Shown here one piece after another: positions 13,751-26,952 of a stretch of DNA of 64,000 nt. Source of the DNA: Proteromonas lacertae (taxonomy: Eukaryota). Where the stretch lies: assembly GCA_002245135.1 (NCBI GenBank), contig NGBS01000001.1, forward strand, positions 62,001 through 126,000. The letters are read 5' to 3'. Below the pieces are notes generated by a model. That model made no database searches, was not told the DNA's origin, and saw nothing but the letters and a program-made list of their open reading frames with translations. Made by a program: the position numbers and the translations under genes. Positions within the stretch are counted from its first letter, which is position 1. Every line of letters starts with the position of its first letter.

Positions 13751-14541
13751 ATGAAATTCTTGATTTGCTTATTTCTCGCAATTCTTCCTTTGATATTATC
13801 AGCTAGTGATAAAAAAGAAGATGCAGTAGTTGTATTAAACGACAAAAATTTCAATACTCAATTAAAGAAAGGTGATTGGTTTTTGAAATTGTATTATTAC
13901 ATTTATATAATGTTTATTCGTAGTTATGCACCATGGTGTGGACATTGTAAAAGATTAGCTCCAATTTACGAAGAAGCAGCAGAAAGTGTCAAAGGAGATA
14001 TTAATTTTGGTGAGATTGATGCAACTAAAGAAAGAAGTACATAACACAGTTTAATATTATTTACTATAGAACTTGCTGCTAAATTTGGTGTAAATTCTTA
14101 TCCTACTCTATATTTCTATCATGATGGTAAATATTATCGTTATCAACAATCGTATATTATGTTCAGTTGATTTTTTTGTTGAATAGAAGAACTGTAAAAG
14201 ATTTAGTTGAATTTGCAAAAGAAGGTTATAAAAATGCTGAAGCTGCTTCAGGAGTTGGTGTTGATATCGGTTGGAGAGCTGAAATAGAATTGTATATGAT
14301 TGAATTCTCAGAATTTCTTGATGATGGCTTAGAGAAATTATCAAAATTAATAAATGTCTCAAAACCAGTTGCATTTGTCATTTGCTTAGCTGTATTAGTC
14401 ATTACATCAATTGTTACATTTGTTATTTTGTTTATATATTGTCTTCCAATGCCAGAAGGTGATGAAAGTGAAGTATCAACAGGAGTAACTACAAATAGTA
14501 AAGTGGAAAGTGAAAATGTAGATCATCATAAAACAGATTAA
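13751..14541 (+). CDS. Transmembrane thioredoxin/PDI-family protein (TMX-like)
   Basis: Signal peptide, single thioredoxin domain with YAPWCGHCK, C-terminal TM; three introns. Confidence 0.88.
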
Positions 14542-14625
14542 TATCTAATTTTGTTATATGTTGTTTATGGTGAGAATTTTTCATTTTTTATAATCTATTT
14601 TGAACAAAGAAATCTCAAAATAGAA

Positions 14626-16015
14626 ATGAATATTTTGATTTATAAACGATGTTTCAGTAGTTTGAGAGCATGTGTTATAGGTTCTGGGCCAGCAGGATGC
14701 TATGCAACAAAAGGCCTCCTATTACAGAATTTTAAAGTTGATATCATAGAAAAGAAACAGATTCCCTTTGGTTTGCTTAGATATGGTGTTGCTCCAGATC
14801 ATCAATCGATTAAAAAGTTACAGAATGAATTTTTAAAAGTAATAAACAATCCAAAAGTGACATTTGTAGGGAATGTTGCTTTCGAAAAAGATGTTAGTTT
14901 AAAAGAATTGGAAAGTATATATAATGTGATAGTTATAGCTTTTGGAACAAATTCACCGATTCCAATTAGAATTGAAGGTAAACAATCTCCAAATGTTATA
15001 CCAGCAATGAATTTTGTTAAATGGTATAATGGAGATGATGCATGTGCAAAATTAAAACCTAATTTAGAGTATGATACAATATCAATAATTGGAAATGGAA
15101 ATGTTGCTTTGGATTGTGCTAGAATCCTAACAATACCACCTATAGAATTCATAAAATCAGAATTATCACCCACAGCTTATGATATGATCAGTAAAAAGTA
15201 TATTCAATCTTTAATTATATATTATTAATAGTAAAGTAAAAAACATACATATAATAGGTAGAAGAGGACCATTCCAGTCATCTTTTGACCTTAAAGAATA
15301 TCGTGAAATCAAGAAATATGCAAATGTTATACTGAACAAAGATGATTTTCTATTAGGAATGACAAAATCAACAGAAACAGAAATATCAAAGAAAACAGTT
15401 TTACAACACAAAGTAAAAGAATTTAGTATTTATTATCTTTGAAATATATAATAATAATAAATAGATAAAGATTCTTTCTTAGAAGTAGATAAAACCAAAA
15501 AGAATATCTATTTCCATTTTCTACATCAACCTGTTTCTTATTCAATACTTGATGATGGTGTTATTGAATTGAAATGTAAAAGAACAAAATTAGTTGGAGA
15601 ACCATTTAGTCAGAAGAGTGAAGCAACAATTGAAGATACTCTAGACATTAAGAATGGGTTGTTATTATATAGTACAGGAACTAAAATGGATAAGACGAAG
15701 ACTTCTCTTCCATTATCTAGTAATGGGAGGTCATTAAATCATATAAATGGTAAAATGGTTGATTTTGATAGTTTATATTGCTGTGGATGGTGTAGTTCAG
15801 GAGGATCAGGGAATATTGGCGCAACTTATAGGAATGTGAGTGTAACATTGAATACAATTAAGAATGATGTTAAAAGCAACAAGATTAGAAGTATTAAAAA
15901 CACAGAACAATCTTTATTTGATGTATTACCAAAAAATAAGAATTACACAAATATGGAAGAAGTGATGAAGATATTAGAAAAAGAGAAGAAAGAACAAAAA
16001 AGAATTATATTTTAA
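14626..16015 (+). CDS. FDXR: NADPH:adrenodoxin/ferredoxin reductase (Arh1), organelle-targeted
   Basis: Presequence-like MNILIYKRCFSS; VIGSGPAG; PFGLLRYGVAPDH; IIGNGNVALDCARIL; IGRRGP. Confidence 0.92.
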
Positions 16016-16102
16016 TAATTTGTTTTTCGTTGTATGTCATGTATTATTTTAAGTTGTTCCAAATTAATTTAAAATATAACCGTTTCAGTTTCGTTTTTTA
16101 TT

Positions 16103-18793
16103 ATGACTGAATTGAAGGTAACTCCGTTTAGTAAAAACTTCTCTTCGAATTACAGATATTCAGATGTATTTGGTCCTCCACCTGAAAAACGTTTCAAAGA
16201 CAAAGTGTATGATATATATTACTCAAAACCAGTTCAATTATTTTCGTTTATATGTATTTTCTATGCCTTATTCGCTGAAGAGTTTAAATATTTATTTGTA
16301 TCAATCAATGCAGATCCAGCTTTCAGTGGTGTTTCAATATTTCTACTGTGTTATTTTTTCAGTGAATTGTTGTTAACATGTTATTTAAATCAAAATTATT
16401 TATGGAGTTTCGACTTTTTTATTGATTTTATGGCAGCTGCTAGTTTAATAATAGATATAAATGGACTATATGATGATATAATATCTTCAAATGATGCAAC
16501 TGTTGTGTCAGCAGATACAACAAAATATGGAAGAGTAATAAAGTTAGATTCTCGATCAGCTAGAATATTAAGATTTGTTCGTTTTTTCAGAATTGGAAAG
16601 GTATTATCAGCTCTGAGAATCCGTCAACCAGTAGAATTAGAAGATCATCCATCTATGGTAGGTGATTTATTAACAGAAAAAATTATTCGAAGATTATTGG
16701 TTTGTATAATAGCCATGATTATCATTTTACCATTTTGTGATACGCTATTGTATGTAGAAACAATCAATGATGAATACTCTGGAGTAGGAGATATACACTA
16801 TTTATCTCAAATGGAAAATATCGACCAATATGAACGGTGTGATATGATAAAGACATTTCATCAGAATCATGGCACTTTATTATCATTTCAACTATGTGGT
16901 AGTTGTAATTATACAAATTTAAGTGAATGTGGTTTGAGTTTAGAGTATAAAAATGAAGATGAGATTAGAGATGCATTTAGATTCAGTGAATATATGGAAG
17001 TAAGAGTTTATAGTATATATATATATATATATATATATTATTGATTGATTGATTAGATTGTGAATCATTTAATACAACTGATAGAGAAGATCCAATGTGT
17101 ACATCACGTGCATTCTTCTCAACAAAGAAAGAATCAAAGAGTGCAGCTTCTTCTGAGATATATTACACTATATTGATTATAGCTATATTGTTTATTGGAT
17201 TCTTCATTTTTACTAGAGATGCTAGAGTATATATATATATTATAATTATAATTATAATTATAGAATATTGTTATTGAGCCAATCGAAAGAATGGTAGAAA
17301 TGGTAAAGAAACTACAAGAAAATCCTTTACAAAGAGAACTGCTAGAGAATTCAAAGAAACATAGCAGTGTGAGTAGTATGGAAACAGATAAAGGTGGAAG
17401 TACACAACAATCAGATGAAATGGATTTATTACAAATGACTTTCACTAAAATTACTGCATTATTACAGTTAGGATTTGGTGAAGCAGGTGCAAATATCATA
17501 GCAAATAGTATTAGTGCTGATGGTGAAATAGATACTAATAAAAGTGGTAAAAGAGTGATGGCAATATTTGGATTTATAAAAATTCATTCTTTTATGGATG
17601 TAACTGAATGTTTACAGGAAGATGTGATGGTATTTGTGAATAATTTAGGTAAAATAATCCATCGAGCAGTTCATTCATATAAAGGAAGTGTGAATAAGAA
17701 TATTGGAGATAGTTTTTTGACTGTGTGGAAATTGTATTCTGAAATTGATGAGAAGTATATTCAACATCGAAGTGTTGGTAAAATGGGTGCTTTTAAAATG
17801 GGTGTAGGAAAAGATCCAAAAGAGTTAGAATTGCATTTAAAGAATACAGCTGATAACGCATTAACAGCGTTTTTAAAAATAGTATTAGATATAAATGCAT
17901 GTACAAGAGCTCCAAAAGAAAAAGTTATAGTAGATAATGATGGCACAAACACTCAAGCTGAAATCTACAATTACATTACTCATCCATATTTGGTAGAAAG
18001 GAAATGGAAGTTGGAAATGATGTTAGGATTACATATAGGATGGGCTATTGAAGGTGGAATTGGTTCAATTCATAAGATTGATGCAAGTTATTTATCTCCA
18101 AATGTAAATATTGCTGCTAGATTAGAACAAGCTACATTCCAGTATAAAGTTCCTCTTTTATTTTCTGAACCATTTGAAGCATGTTTATCAATAACTGTAT
18201 ATATATACCAAATGTATTTTATTCATATATTTAGACTCAAAAATATTGTAGGAAGATTGATAAAGTGACAGTAAAAGGTTCAAATGTTCCTATTGGGCTT
18301 TATACTTTTGATATTTATAACAAAGATGTTACTATCTCTATCCCAGATAAGCCAAAATCAGATAAAGAAAAAGAAGGTGGTAGTAATCATTCTGCAATGA
18401 ATTCTGCTAAAAGTAAAACAAACCCTACTCCCAAAAGTATATTTATTGTTAGTTTTACATTTGTTATAGAGCTACTAGAAAGAAAATTCTCACTTCAGAA
18501 AAGAGTAGACGGTAAAATAGCTCAAGAAGTCATTAATTTACAACATGACATAGATATTCGTTTTCCACTAGTATTTCAAAAAGGTTTGGTGCATTATGAA
18601 CAAGGAATGTGGGATAAATCAGTCGTATTATTTGATTTTTCTCATTTATATAATTTAGGTGGAATTTAACGAAGCATTGCAATACAAACCAGATGATGGA
18701 CCATCTCAGACGTTGTTGCGCTTCATGGCATCTCACAATAACGAAGCTCCTAAAGATTGGCCTGGTTATCGTGAATTAACTTCAAAATATTAG
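16103..18793 (+). CDS. Ion-channel/adenylyl cyclase fusion (voltage-sensor TMs + class III cyclase + TPR-like tail), ciliate/apicomplexan ACalpha type
   Basis: S4-like RSARILRFVRFFRIGK; LGFGEAG; NKNIGDSFLTVWK; GLHIGWAIEGGIGSIHKIDASYLSPNVNIAARLE; C-terminus APKDWPGYRELTSKY*. Confidence 0.9.
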
Positions 18794-18917
18794 ACTGTAG
18801 ATTATATATATATATTACTTAATTACCATTTTTGCATGTTTAATATATCACAGCATAAAAATTCAAAAAATAGAAATATAGTCGTTTCAACGTTCCTCAA
18901 TTCAAAATTTTTAAGAT

Positions 18918-21900
18918 ATGCAAAGCTTTGTCAATAACGAGTTACTTGCTATATTACCATCACATGTCGAAGTATTTTAGCATATTTACAATAAATAGGA
19001 GGTAACAAGAGTTATTAGAAGCAGAAGTGAAATGGATATTGTTTACAAGTCTGATTTCATACATAAAGTAATGAAGGTTTTTAATATAGCAGATATAAAC
19101 AAAAATAAAGTGCAGATGTTTTATGAAAACAGCAGGTTGCTGTTAGACTGCAATTTATCTTTCGCCATTCCTTCAGAAGTGTTTCAGATAGATAAATGCA
19201 ATGCGTACGTAATGGTATGTAGAGAATATTATGATATGGACTTTGAGGACCTGATTCAGAGAAAAATGTTACCAGAGAGCGATATAGTCTTTAGAATCAC
19301 TATATTGTGTAATATGTTAATGATATTAGGCGAATATGATATAATGTTAAGCAATATTAAATGTTCAAACATTACAATCAGCTCAGATGGAAGTATGAAA
19401 CTATGTGATATGTTATTAAACATATTAAGAGGTCAAGAAGATCATGATGTAAGTTACAAAAGCCCTGAAGAACTGAAGGGACTAGAATTACATGAGAAGA
19501 GTGTAGTTTGGTCTGTAGGATGTATATTATATAGATTATTCACACAAAAGTTGCCATTTAATGTGGATAATAATGCTAGTATGACTGCATGTAATATCAT
19601 GAAATGTATATATAACAAGGAGTTGATAACAAATATTTCTATGAAAGAGTTGATTGATGAAACATTACAGGTTAAAATTGAAGATAGAATAAACCTTAAA
19701 CGCCTACAATCTAGAATAATAAAAGTTAAAAGAATGTGTAAAGATGGTAATAATTACGCAATGTTGTTAAAAGAAAGAAGTGATGTATTATTTAGTAAAG
19801 ATCCACATATCATCACTTTACCTTTATTATTTCGACCAATATTGTATAATCAAACTACAGAATGGGAGAAAATAAAAGATCAAATGATTGAATCTTATAA
19901 TATCAGGCAGAATGATAGACTTCTATCTATATTATTATCGATGAAATCATTCAAAAGAGATTACCATATAAAAGATAGGCTATTATTTCATCTTCATCAC
20001 CAATGTTCAGAAAGAAGCGAATGCTATTTAGATGAAGTTGTTTTTAATATACATATTGATATTGATGAAGTTTATAACTATGATGAGAGAATTGAGATAA
20101 ATAGAAAGTATGTTTGTTCATGTGAGAAGGAAATGGATTATTTCTTTAGGATAATGACACTAATCAATCCAACAAAATTGCAATTTGGTATATCTCTTCG
20201 AAATGTCATTTGATTAGATAAGTATTTTTCATTTAATGTACAAGTCAGACATCAAATATTATTTGCATCATATTTTCAGCAACTAACAAATCTTAAAGTA
20301 TTAGATTTATCTAACTGTTGTATTAATGCTTATTTCATTGCATCATTTGTTAAATCCATACCGTATATGAGACTAACGTATGTTAATCTTACATGTATAA
20401 GATATTTTCATATATAAATTATTAAAATAGTTAATCCGATTGGTTCAACTGGATTTAGATTATTTATTCCTTATTTGCATTTGTTAATCAACAACAAGGA
20501 AGAATTGATATTGTCTGGGATGAATTTAAATGATGCATCAGTAAAACAATTATGTTCACAATTTCCTAAATTAGCATTTCTAAGTAGAATAGATTTAACA
20601 GAAAACCCCAATATTCATTCATTTAGCTTGAAATGGTTATTCTCCAAATTTACTGAAAAGAAGGTAACATTTGATATAAATCGAAATATCACAGATTTAC
20701 TGATAGATAATAGTGTTGCATTGTTTAAAGATTTTAAAAATGGTGCATATAATTGTCTCACTCTTAGTGATATCCAAATTGATGAAAATTTCTTGGAATA
20801 TTGTATAGTATCAAGATATAATGAGTGTGATAAAGTAAGCTTCTTTGATTTGAGTTGTATATTTTTATTATTTATTCGATTTCATAGATAATAGATTGAA
20901 AAAAAGAGTTGTACCTATTTTGCTAAACAATTTATCGATAGATGTTCAATATCAGCTTCAAGGTAATCCTATAGGAGATGATGGAATGAAGGTATTATCT
21001 CATTATCTAGATATAATAATATGTGATGAAACAAATATAATGGATTGCTCCAGTATAATAATTGTTATTTAGTATGTTATAGAGATGGGATTATCTTCAA
21101 AAGGATTAGCATACATTGTTAAAGGTTTAAAAAGGATTGAAAAAAAGGTTAAATTGAATATAAGTGGTAATCATATTCTTAAAATAGATATTTTAATGAG
21201 ATATATATCGCACAGATATATTAGCATTAGAAAACTAATTATTCATGGTATTTATATATATAATTTATTGAATAGATAATCCTATTGGTAATGCTGGTTT
21301 TACATTATTAACAAACTATTTGGATTTGGTGATTGATGAAAATGGTGATATGAATCTAAATAATATGTCATTAGATGATGAAAGTTTATTATTATTAGCA
21401 GCTAATATGCATAATATCAAAAATTGTAGAAAAATTAGCTTAAATGGAAATAATATTGAATTCAATGGATTAAGATCTGTATGTTCAACATCATTAACTA
21501 ATCAAGACTATCCTTTCATTCATGTGAAATGTCCATTATGGACAAATGAAGAAGTGGAGTTTTATTTAGATTACTGTGTTAAGAAGAGAAGAAGGGTTGG
21601 TGATTGCATCTATGATTTTTCTAGTATAGTATATATATTAAAATACTATAGATTTAAATGTAAATGATTCTCATATTAGAATAATTAAACATATCCACTA
21701 TGAAAAGCTAGATTTATCCTATAACAAAATCTCTTCTGTAGGATTGGAAAAATTGCTAAAGCATTTGCCTGATAATGCCATATATATTTCAATATATAAT
21801 AACCGAATCGGAGATGAAGGAATTGAGATTGTATGCAGATATCTAGATGTTTTTATTGAAGTAGTTAGAATGGGGAAATACATCTTCGTTAAATCTTTCA

Positions 21901-22196
21901 AGTATTATTATCAATATAGTATTTTTTTTAATGTTTTAATAGATGTTGGAATGAGTAGGAATGGATTAAGGATGTTAATAGAAAGATTAAAGAAATATTA
22001 CCCATTACATATTATAAATATTTTTGGATTTGTATTAAATGAAACAGAATTGGAAATAATAAGAAAAAATAAAGAAGTATTTAACTGTTTGCATGAATTA
22101 ATGATAACTACAAGAACAAACATAGATAAATCTTCATTCAATTTATTTCAAAGAATATTTCCAGCAATTGGAACGATTTACTGCTCTTTTGTATAA
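18918..22196 (+). CDS. Pseudokinase-LRR protein
   Basis: Kinase fold with LSNIKCSNI (HRD lost), KLCDML (DFG altered), YKSPEE, VWSVGCILY; then RI-type LRRs; about 8 introns. Confidence 0.8.
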
Positions 22197-22329
22197 TAAA
22201 GTAAATAATAAAAACATTTTCATTATTTTTATATTATGTATAATATATTATCATATTTGATTTGTTTATTTTCTAATTTATACAACAACAAACAATTTAC
22301 AATTTAAAAACACACACTAAATAATTAAT

Positions 22330-25314
22330 TTAAATAGAATAGTAATCTGGTAAACCTTCAGAAGTATGTTCTGACAAGAAGTTTTTCATTTTTCTATATA
22401 CACCTCCTTGTATTTCATATTCCAAAGTTTGAAAAGACTCAATCCATTTCTGAAGTATATCTGCTTTGTGAGCATAAATACTACTTAGAAAATCTATATA
22501 AAAATATAAAAAATATCACAAACAATACTCTTTTCATGATTAACAGCAATTAATAATTCAATTTCATTTACTGTTTCATCAAAAATTGTTGGAGAATACT
22601 ATATAATAATAATAATAATAATATACATTTCCTTCAGCTACATAATTAATAACAGCTTGTTTCATATTATCAGCAACATTAATTTCTAAACTAGAAGAAG
22701 TTTCAATATATTTCCTTATGATGGATTGAAGTTTTTCATATCTCTTCGTATTTGATAAATAAGCATATTTTTGCTTATAATAATATACATCTTCCCAGAA
22801 TAACATACTTTCTTGTTGTAAACTTTTAGTTAAAAATACTTTCAAACATGCTCGAGTTATTGGATCTTCAAATAATGCATATTTACCAACATTCTTTTCA
22901 CTTAAAACAGTACTAGTTACTTTCTTAAAGAAGAACCAAGGAGGAAACATTAATGTAATAAATACAACAGGCAATATAGCAGCTGCCATCACTATCATAT
23001 ATGTTGAAGAAGCTGGAGATGCATCAGAGGAAGGCATTGTTACTGTTGTAATATAATAAACTATTGCACATAAGAAAACAGTACCATATATAGAAAAGCA
23101 TATCAACATTCTCTTTGAATCTTTATTTAAATTATGAATTTTGGCTTGATACAATTGATAACAGAATATATGACCTTCCAATGTGAAGAATGTGGGAGTA
23201 ATAAACATTAATAATTCCATAATTGACTGATCATTTCCACATCTTTTTATGTATGTAAATACACCTTCATGTTCAAACACTTCATCTGTATAAAATGGAT
23301 TCATAATAATAAACAATCTATATAACATATAATATAATACATATTTATATATATACAGACTGTGAAATGCCCAACCTGGTATAAACGTTTGTAATATTCT
23401 TGATATTGTGCTTTGTAGTGCAACTCTTTTCTTAATATATGTTAAAATGATTTCTTGTGTATATAATTCATATGCCCTATTTATATAATAATAATAAAAA
23501 TAATACATTGTTTGCCATAATAATCCTGTTGTTAAAAACCAATTATGTATTATACACACATTTTGCTCTACAGTTAGCATTGATGCATAACCTGATAATA
23601 TAGTCAATAGCCCTCCAATTACTAATAAACATACAATTTCTAATGATATAAACTTTCTAATAACAACTCTTCTATAAAACAGAAATCCTGAATAAACAAC
23701 AACATAAACAGCAAATAAACATAACAATACATTCAATAAAGTCATTTGAAATCCATTCAATATTGTCATTGAAGAACATTGGAACTTATAATCTGATGGA
23801 GTATCTTTACCATCATAACACTTTGAATTTGGATTTTTACTATAATGAATAACTGCACTAAATCCATCACATTGTTGTTCAGGAATATAATCATCAGATG
23901 TACAATCAGCTAATTCATATGTTGAACCTAAGAATATTCTAGAAAAACACTGTAAATTATCATTATCAGGGATGATAGATAAATAGAATATTCTGTCTGT
24001 TTTATTTAATTGTAATTGTACATCTATTGTGACTGTTATTTCCATTTCACTTTTAGCTGAGATTTCTCCTGATAATGGATGAGTTGTAAGTCCATAAGAC
24101 GCTAATTCATCTACTCTCCAGTAAGAAGTATATTCTCCACTGTTAATAAGTGTAATTTTTGTATAACTACTGGTTTCTTTAGAAGAGAAACGAAAATGTA
24201 ATAAATTAGTAGATAGTGACAGTTTATCACTAGCTAAGTTGTTTTTTGTCGTAAACACTATTGTTACTATATTATAATAAGGATTATGCAATTGTGAATA
24301 ACTAACATAATAATATAAATGACCATTTCTCTCCATTTGAAATTCACATGGATTGATATTATTAATATAACATTCGTATATTTGTTTTCCATTACTGAAT
24401 TTGATATTGAATGGATAAGTAGCTGTAGTACCAAATAATAATTGTGTTACAATCTCATTGATTTCAATTATATCTCCATCTTCTGTAATTATCAATGAAT
24501 AAGTACCATCTGGAGTTGCATCAACTACATTTTTATAATAACCTGTGAGATTCAACTTTGAATATAAAAACGAATTGTATTTATGGTTTATAGTTTTAGC
24601 AGGAATTGTGTAATACATATCAATAATACAATTACGAGATGTGATTGGTATACATGAGAATGTTTGCTGAGTAATAACCTCTTCTGATTCTAACATTCTC
24701 TTCACATTGATTAAATCTCCTTTTATTTCATCAATTGTTGTGTTTATTGATTCTGTAGTATCACATGGGAATAATTCTATTTATATATCATTATGTTTAT
24801 ATATATATATATATACCAAATGAAAACGAAGTATTATCTCCAACAGCAAAGCCTGTTTTGAGAATTGTAGTATCTCTGTTAAAAAAATAATATGCTCTAT
24901 TTTAAATATATTCATAATGTTATATACATTCCTTGAGGTTGTAAATAATACTCAGTTTCCATTTCTTTATATTTGTTTTCCTCTAATGTCTCATTTCTTG
25001 AGGAAGAATAGAATATTCTGTGAGCTGATGAATTGTTTGGCTCAATATATAGAAAATCTGCGTTATTGTATCTATCAAAATCTGAAAATGAGTATATTAA
25101 ATGATGATGAGGTGTAATGAATAGTTCAACCAAAGAACTAAAAAACTTGCTATAATCATTACTTAATTCGTCTATTTCTTTATTAAAATCTTGAGTAAAT
25201 TGTTTAAAAGCATCTTGTGAACAAATGTGCGTACTAGAGATAAAATGATTTTAAATACGGCGCTGATAGAATTGATACAGCCAAAAGCAGTATCATAAAT
25301 AATTTATTCCTCAT
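22330..25314 (-). CDS. 7TM receptor-RGS fusion with MSP/PapD-like Ig domain in the ectodomain
   Basis: Signal peptide; ITLINSGEYTSYWRV...THPLSGEISAKSEMEITVTI (MSP-like); about 7 TM; RGS LFEDPITRACLKVFLTKSLQQESMLFWEDV...EINV. Confidence 0.8.
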
Positions 25315-25481
25315 GGAGGAGTTTAAAAAGTAAAAAACGAATAATACAAAAAACTTGGCTTGAGTTTGTTCATTTTTTAATTTGTAATTTTCATCGTTAT
25401 ATCACAAATGCAGAGTTATATGTGTTTAATTAATACAAATAAAAGGGAAAATATCATAAAAATTATAGCTACTAAAAACAT

Positions 25482-26858
25482 TTAAAACAATTTGATAAAG
25501 AAAAAATAAACAACTATCGAGAAAAAAGCTGAAGCTGGCATAGTAACTACCCATCCAACAATAATAGTTTTAATGGTTTCACAATTCATTTTATTCAATC
25601 CTTCAACCACAGCCATTCCAGCAATAGATCCAATCAAACAATGAGTTGTAGCAACACTCATTCCAAGTAAAGTAGCAGTCAAAACAGTTATAGCAGTAGC
25701 TAATTGCGAAGAAAAACCTTTAGAGTATGTAAAAGTGAATATATTATCACCTATAGTATGCATAACTCTATGTCCAAACAAATACAATCCAACAATAATA
25801 CCAAAACCTCCAAACATCAATACCCATAAAGGTGATGGAGTTCTAGTGATTTTCTGAGTGAAATATATCTCAGCAACAGCAGTGAATGGTCCAATTGCAT
25901 TAGAAACATCATTTGTACCATGTGCAAAGGATACAACACACGCTGTTAATACCATCAATGGTCTAAATCCTTTTTCTGCATCATCCATCATTGATTTTGA
26001 TGATTTTAATTCTCCTTCTTCATTCTCCTCCTCTTCTTCTTCTTCGCTGTTTGTTGGTTTTGTACCAATTTCACCATTTTTACCATCTACATATTTCAAT
26101 TGTGGATTATAGAATCTGTAAATCACACTGACAATATAGGCAATGAATAAACTGAATGGTAAAGCATACTATAAAAATATACAAATGTATAATTAATAAT
26201 TAATACATAAAATGGAAGTCTAATCACTTTTGGGCCATCCATTAAGATGAAACTAGATAATATAAATACAGTAAATCCTGTGAAATAGTGCATATACCTA
26301 CTAGCTTCAATATGTGGGTATTTTTGAGTTAATATTTTCTTTGATATGATTGATTGTAGAATATATGCAAATATTCCTCCAAATAGAGGAGATGTAATCC
26401 AAGATAGGCCTAATTGCCATAATGTAGTGTAATTTAACGAATTTTTACCAACAAATGCTAATCCTAAACCTACGATTGATCCTACTAATGAATGTGTGCT
26501 AGACACTGGCCATGACATCTTCGTTGCTATACATAACCAACTAAATGCTCCAGCAATAGTACAAAACATAATAAATGCATAACTAGAAACTAATATTGAA
26601 TATTTAATACTGATCCAATTGATCTGGTGTTGTTAGCACTGTGGTATCAATAATTCCACTTGAAAATAATCCAGCTACACTACCACCAAATAGAGATCCA
26701 CTAAACTCACATATTGAGCCAAGGTATATCACTTGCTTTCCTGTCAAAGCTTTTGATCCAACCGATGTAGCAAATGAATGTGATACATCTTGAGCACCAA
26801 TAGCACAAGCCATCAAAAAGGCTATTAGTGAAGAAAAAATAAATAAAAGTGTGAGCAT
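25482..26858 (-). CDS. Inorganic phosphate transporter, PiT/PHO4 family
   Basis: IGAQDVSHSFATSVGS; WPVSSTHSLVGSIVG; FAHGTNDVSNAIGP; two introns. Confidence 0.93.
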
Positions 26859-26952
26859 GTTTGTTTACATGTTTGAAATAATCAAGTCCTTTGATAGTAG
26901 CTATTTTCCTTATTTTTCATAAGCAACATAACACAATTAAATCAAATTTAAA

